Assembly (NCBI GenBank): GCA_026014495.1
Contig: JAOZIF010000137.1
Span: 1 to 64,000 of the forward strand
From: Candidatus Bathyarchaeum sp.
GTDB lineage: Archaea > Thermoproteota > Bathyarchaeia > Bathyarchaeales > Bathyarchaeaceae
DNA: 64,000 nucleotides
Direction: 5' to 3'
The position numbers and the translations under genes were made by a program. The notes under the pieces were generated by a model. That model ran no database searches. It was not told the DNA's origin and was given only the letters and a program-made list of their open reading frames with translations. Positions 60,612 to 64,000 of this stretch are shown piece by piece; the stretch's first letter is position 1, and each line of letters opens with the position of its first letter.

Positions 60612-61014
60612 TCATATTTTTCGCGCTTCTTTTGTGGAAAGGGCTGTTTTTTGGGGTTGTTTGGGTTGTTTTATCGTGTTGAAGATGAGAAGTGTGAAGA
60701 AACGGGGCAAAACTCCATAGTATATACCATTGAAATACTTTCACGGTAATATAATTGATGAATGAAGAAATAATAATTGAATTGTTGATTTTAGATGGTG
60801 GACATATTCTGAGGTTATGCACCAATTTTTTGCAAGAAGAATTGGGGTTTGCTGAGGCTCATGCACATGTGCATTAGAGGAGAAAAAATGAAAAACCAAC
60901 AAACAGCTACTACAGCTTAGTTATTTTCACTTTTTGTGCCTGAGCCTTTTCAGCCCCCATATTCTTTCAATGCCAGTTGTAGTCCCAAAAAAAGAAGGGA
61001 GGGAAAATTTTGGT

Positions 61015-63612
61015 TTATTTTCGTTTTCTGAGTATGTAGAAGCTGACTATACCTATTGTGCAGGCGACCGCAATTGCTGCTGTGATGGCGGTTTCTGTGG
61101 AGATGTCTGCTTTTTCGGTGGTTTCCATTGTGTTAAGCATTATCTGCTCTGAAGATAATGATGCAGATGGCGCTTCGCTGGTAAAAGATGCAGTCCTGGA
61201 TTCTTCAAAGCAGTAGAGGCCCCAGTCAATGCATCCTACATACAGGTTGCCATTGTAAGGTGTTGGGGTTGACCATATATGGCCGTTAAATTCTCCATAG
61301 TAGGAGATTTTCTCTCCAGTTAACGCATCTAGGACGTAGAGGACCTGTGCTTCTGTGACGACATATATTCTCTGGTAGGCATAGGATAGGCCTGGGGAAA
61401 AAGTCTCCCGTGACAGGTACGTATACCATAACTCGGTTCCGTCAGTGGCGTTGCGGCAGCTTATACCATAATAGTCACAGAAGTATACTCTGCCGTATTT
61501 ATAGAGAATAGCGTCTCGTTGTTGAGCACCACCTAGTTGTTCAGGAGTGCCAGGATTATGTAAACCGTCGTACATCCATATAGTTTCGCCTGTGGTTGCG
61601 TTTAATGCGTAATTAAAGCGGTGCGAGCCTCGCACGAAGACCATGCCTTCTGCCACTGTTGGTGATGCTAACATGTTGTTCCCGACACTATAAAAGTAAG
61701 GAATAGCGACATTCCAGATTTCGTTTCCGGTGTTAGCGTCAAGCTTATATAATGTGCCATTTGGTGACGGAGTGGTTGCGGATATGTAGATTGCATTGTC
61801 AACTATTGTTGGTGTGGCACTGATAGGTCCTCCTGTTTGGAATTGCCATAGGACATCACCGTTGGAGGCGTCAAAGCAATAGAGGTTGCCGTCAAGGCCG
61901 CCCACATATACATTGCACCCAGCAACTATTGGAGAACTTCTTACAAGAGTACTATCGATTAGTATGTCTTCGGGGACGTCGGCTTGCCATATCTTGTTAC
62001 CTGTGGCTGCGTCTAAACAGTAAACGTTTCCGTCATCAGCACCAGTATATAGCCTGCCGTTAACCACAGCGGGTGAGGATTTGACCTGATACGCTGTCTT
62101 GAAGGTCCATAGTTCAGTGCCGGTTGCAGCGTCGATAGCATATATTTTTTTGTCTACACAACCGAAATAGCACACTCCATCTGCAAGGGTTGGCGAGGAT
62201 ACAATTCCAGCTGAACAATTGAACTTCCACTTAAGCGCTAGGTTTGTCGGACCTGACCCCTCAGTGGTGTGCTCTGGATCGCCAAATAACATAGACCAAT
62301 CTTTAACTTCACTGCCGATACACCAAACTTCTGTGCCGCGAAGTGTATATGTATACACTCCAACTTCTGTTGATGACACTGTAGGTACGATGTAGAGATT
62401 TCCGTAGGCAATACATTGGTAGTTCATGTTACCACCGTTTTCTAGGGGCAACGTCCATATGAGCTCGCCTGTGTAAGCATCGTAACAGTTGTATTCAGAG
62501 TAGGCATATTCACCGGTTTGAAAGTCCCGATAAATGTTCTCACCCATACCGGAGTAGATTTTTCCGTCCGCAATTGCCACTGTCCCTGGATATCCAATAC
62601 CAGGTCCTTTAGCTCGCCACACCAACTCGCCCGTAGTCCCATTTATAGCATATAAGTATGTGTCTTGGTTCTTCTCATAGACCATGCCATAAGCGTAAGC
62701 CGCTGATGAAGCCCACTGTCCATACCAAGTGCCTGGGTTGTATGTCCAAAGCAGCTCACCTGTATCAGCATCCCAAGCTCGCATGTTGCCATCGAGTCCG
62801 CCATGAAATACCTTGCCATCGCCATAGGCCATTCCGTATACAAAAGTGGTTACAGTAGCTGGAGTTTCCCAGATGAGAGTTCCAGTTTTTGCATCATAGG
62901 CTCTCAAGTGAAGATCGGCGCATCCAACGAACAACTTTCCATCACCATAGACAGGATACGCAGTGCCACCATCATATTGCCCAGCATGGCTCCATGCCAG
63001 GGTTGGCGGTTGCGAAGGATCAGACATATCCCAACCAAAGTTAGCGTCCACTAACATTTTCAGCTCTGGAATATAACCTCCTCCCCACCACATAAGATAG
63101 GGTGCTGAGAATCCTGGCGGACCAACCCATACGGTTGTTCCATCAGCTATGCGAACACAGGTGCTTCCTATCACCATGTAGTCATCGTCGATCTTGCATA
63201 TGCCAGAACCAAATCCATAAGCTGGGGCCGAACCACCTACCCCATCGGCCCTCCATACGATGTCTCCCGTAGCTGCGTCGAGAGCAATAGTTGCATTCTC
63301 GACTTGGGCGAAGACCATGCCATCAAAGGCAACCAAAGGTCCAACAACAACACCAAGCTCATCTAGGGCTTTCCATTGGATGCTTGGCGAGCTTGGAGCT
63401 GGTCCATTACTAAAATACGAACCGGTAGGTGAGGCACTAGGCGTCGGCCAATCGTATTGCAACAAGTTGCTTGGGATAGTTGTGATTTGAGTAGACTGTG
63501 CTTGAGCCGTCGAAATAAGTGGTGTTTGAAACGCGAATATTGAAACTCCCAGTAAAGCGATGATTAGCACTGCAAATGTGGATGAAAGAATTTTTTTATT
63601 TATTTTTATCAA
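61015..63612 (-). CDS. Secreted PQQ-binding-like beta-propeller repeat surface protein with C-terminal anchor
   Basis: Many A[LI]DA.TG..[LI]W repeats in two propeller blocks; signal peptide after TTG 63612 (GGAG RBS); C-terminal TM plus RKRK. Confidence 0.9.
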   Translation of the reverse strand: MIKINKKILSSTFAVLIIALLGVSIFAFQTPLISTAQAQSTQITTIPSNLLQYDWPTPSASPTGSYFSNGPAPSSPSIQWKALDELGVVVGPLVAFDGMVFAQVENATIALDAATGDIVWRADGVGGSAPAYGFGSGICKIDDDYMVIGSTCVRIADGTTVWVGPPGFSAPYLMWWGGGYIPELKMLVDANFGWDMSDPSQPPTLAWSHAGQYDGGTAYPVYGDGKLFVGCADLHLRAYDAKTGTLIWETPATVTTFVYGMAYGDGKVFHGGLDGNMRAWDADTGELLWTYNPGTWYGQWASSAAYAYGMVYEKNQDTYLYAINGTTGELVWRAKGPGIGYPGTVAIADGKIYSGMGENIYRDFQTGEYAYSEYNCYDAYTGELIWTLPLENGGNMNYQCIAYGNLYIVPTVSSTEVGVYTYTLRGTEVWCIGSEVKDWSMLFGDPEHTTEGSGPTNLALKWKFNCSAGIVSSPTLADGVCYFGCVDKKIYAIDAATGTELWTFKTAYQVKSSPAVVNGRLYTGADDGNVYCLDAATGNKIWQADVPEDILIDSTLVRSSPIVAGCNVYVGGLDGNLYCFDASNGDVLWQFQTGGPISATPTIVDNAIYISATTPSPNGTLYKLDANTGNEIWNVAIPYFYSVGNNMLASPTVAEGMVFVRGSHRFNYALNATTGETIWMYDGLHNPGTPEQLGGAQQRDAILYKYGRVYFCDYYGISCRNATDGTELWYTYLSRETFSPGLSYAYQRIYVVTEAQVLYVLDALTGEKISYYGEFNGHIWSTPTPYNGNLYVGCIDWGLYCFEESRTASFTSEAPSASLSSEQIMLNTMETTEKADISTETAITAAIAVACTIGIVSFYILRKRK

Positions 63613-64000
63613 TTTTTTTTCTCCTTTTTTTGTTTTGTAAGCAAGGTTAAGCCTCTTATGACTAACCGTACTTGAGACGTTTAATCCATCATTACTGAAT
63701 TTAGGTGTTCGTGGAAAGTGAGGCACTTGCCACAGAATTTACAAACTGTTGCGAGAAAATTAGCTTTAGATGATTGTAGACGAAAAAAATTTTAAGTAAA
63801 TTTAACAAAATTAATAAGCACAATAAAGAAGTGACTGAGCATATTAAGGTGTATATGAATGACCCAATTGAAAGAAACCTTAAGACAAAAACTCATTGAA
63901 TTTGGCTTATCATATAACCAAGCTAAAATCTACGTTTCGATAGCATGCTCAGGATGCTCAACCGTTAGGGAGATTTCCGAAACAACAAGGATTCATTCAC

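Noticed and set aside
60508-60825. 105-aa minus ORF as the missing integrase N-terminus via frameshift
   Set aside because: No integrase-like motifs (no box I Arg, no SAM-like domain); reads as low-complexity sequence.
2276-63490. Remaining short antisense or alternate-frame ORFs in the track
   Set aside because: They lie inside well-supported genes and show no motifs or RBS.
1-64000. CRISPR array, rRNA, intact IS or transposase
   Set aside because: No regularly spaced 25-45 nt repeats, rRNA-like segments or transposase motifs seen by eye.

Overview
Archaeal genomic DNA, most likely Candidatus Bathyarchaeia (TACK). The assignment rests on a BHB-intron tRNA, eL38, a cdvA/cdvB/cdvC cluster, a Cren7-like domain, GGAGGTGA/GTGAGG ribosome-binding sites and PQQ-type beta-propeller surface proteins; it is pattern recognition, not a database result. 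Layout: (1) 1-26.8 kb, a large minus-strand surface-glycan synthesis and modification locus with GT2/GT4 enzymes, DUF2206, DUF1616, a sulfatase-like protein, an HprK-like kinase, a divergent secreted GH5, and an amino-acid-decoration module (PIG-L deacetylase, two Fem/GNAT proteins, DUF362, Gfo/Idh/MocA, ATP-grasp ligase, LysA-like and HisC-like PLP enzymes). (2) 27-31 kb, housekeeping and regulatory genes. (3) A 1,023-aa probable S-layer protein followed by a second glycosylation operon with GT-C type enzymes (34-44.5 kb) and an intron-containing tRNA-Arg(CCG). (4) citG-like, DUF1786, mobB. (5) ESCRT-III/Cdv division cluster, uvrBAC, a wHTH-Cren7 fusion, eL38, an integrase remnant and a PQQ beta-propeller protein. 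Top candidate for an undescribed system: a tRNA-Cys(GCA) at 25467-25540 with all four stems, U73 and CCA intact but both elbow motifs lost (D-loop GG to AA, T-loop TTC to TGA). It heads the FemAB/ATP-grasp/PIG-L operon and parallels the non-proteinogenic tRNA-Gly that feeds staphylococcal FemXAB. Also notable: cdvB seems to need an ATC start codon. No CRISPR array or rRNA was seen. Family assignments are from motifs recognised by eye.
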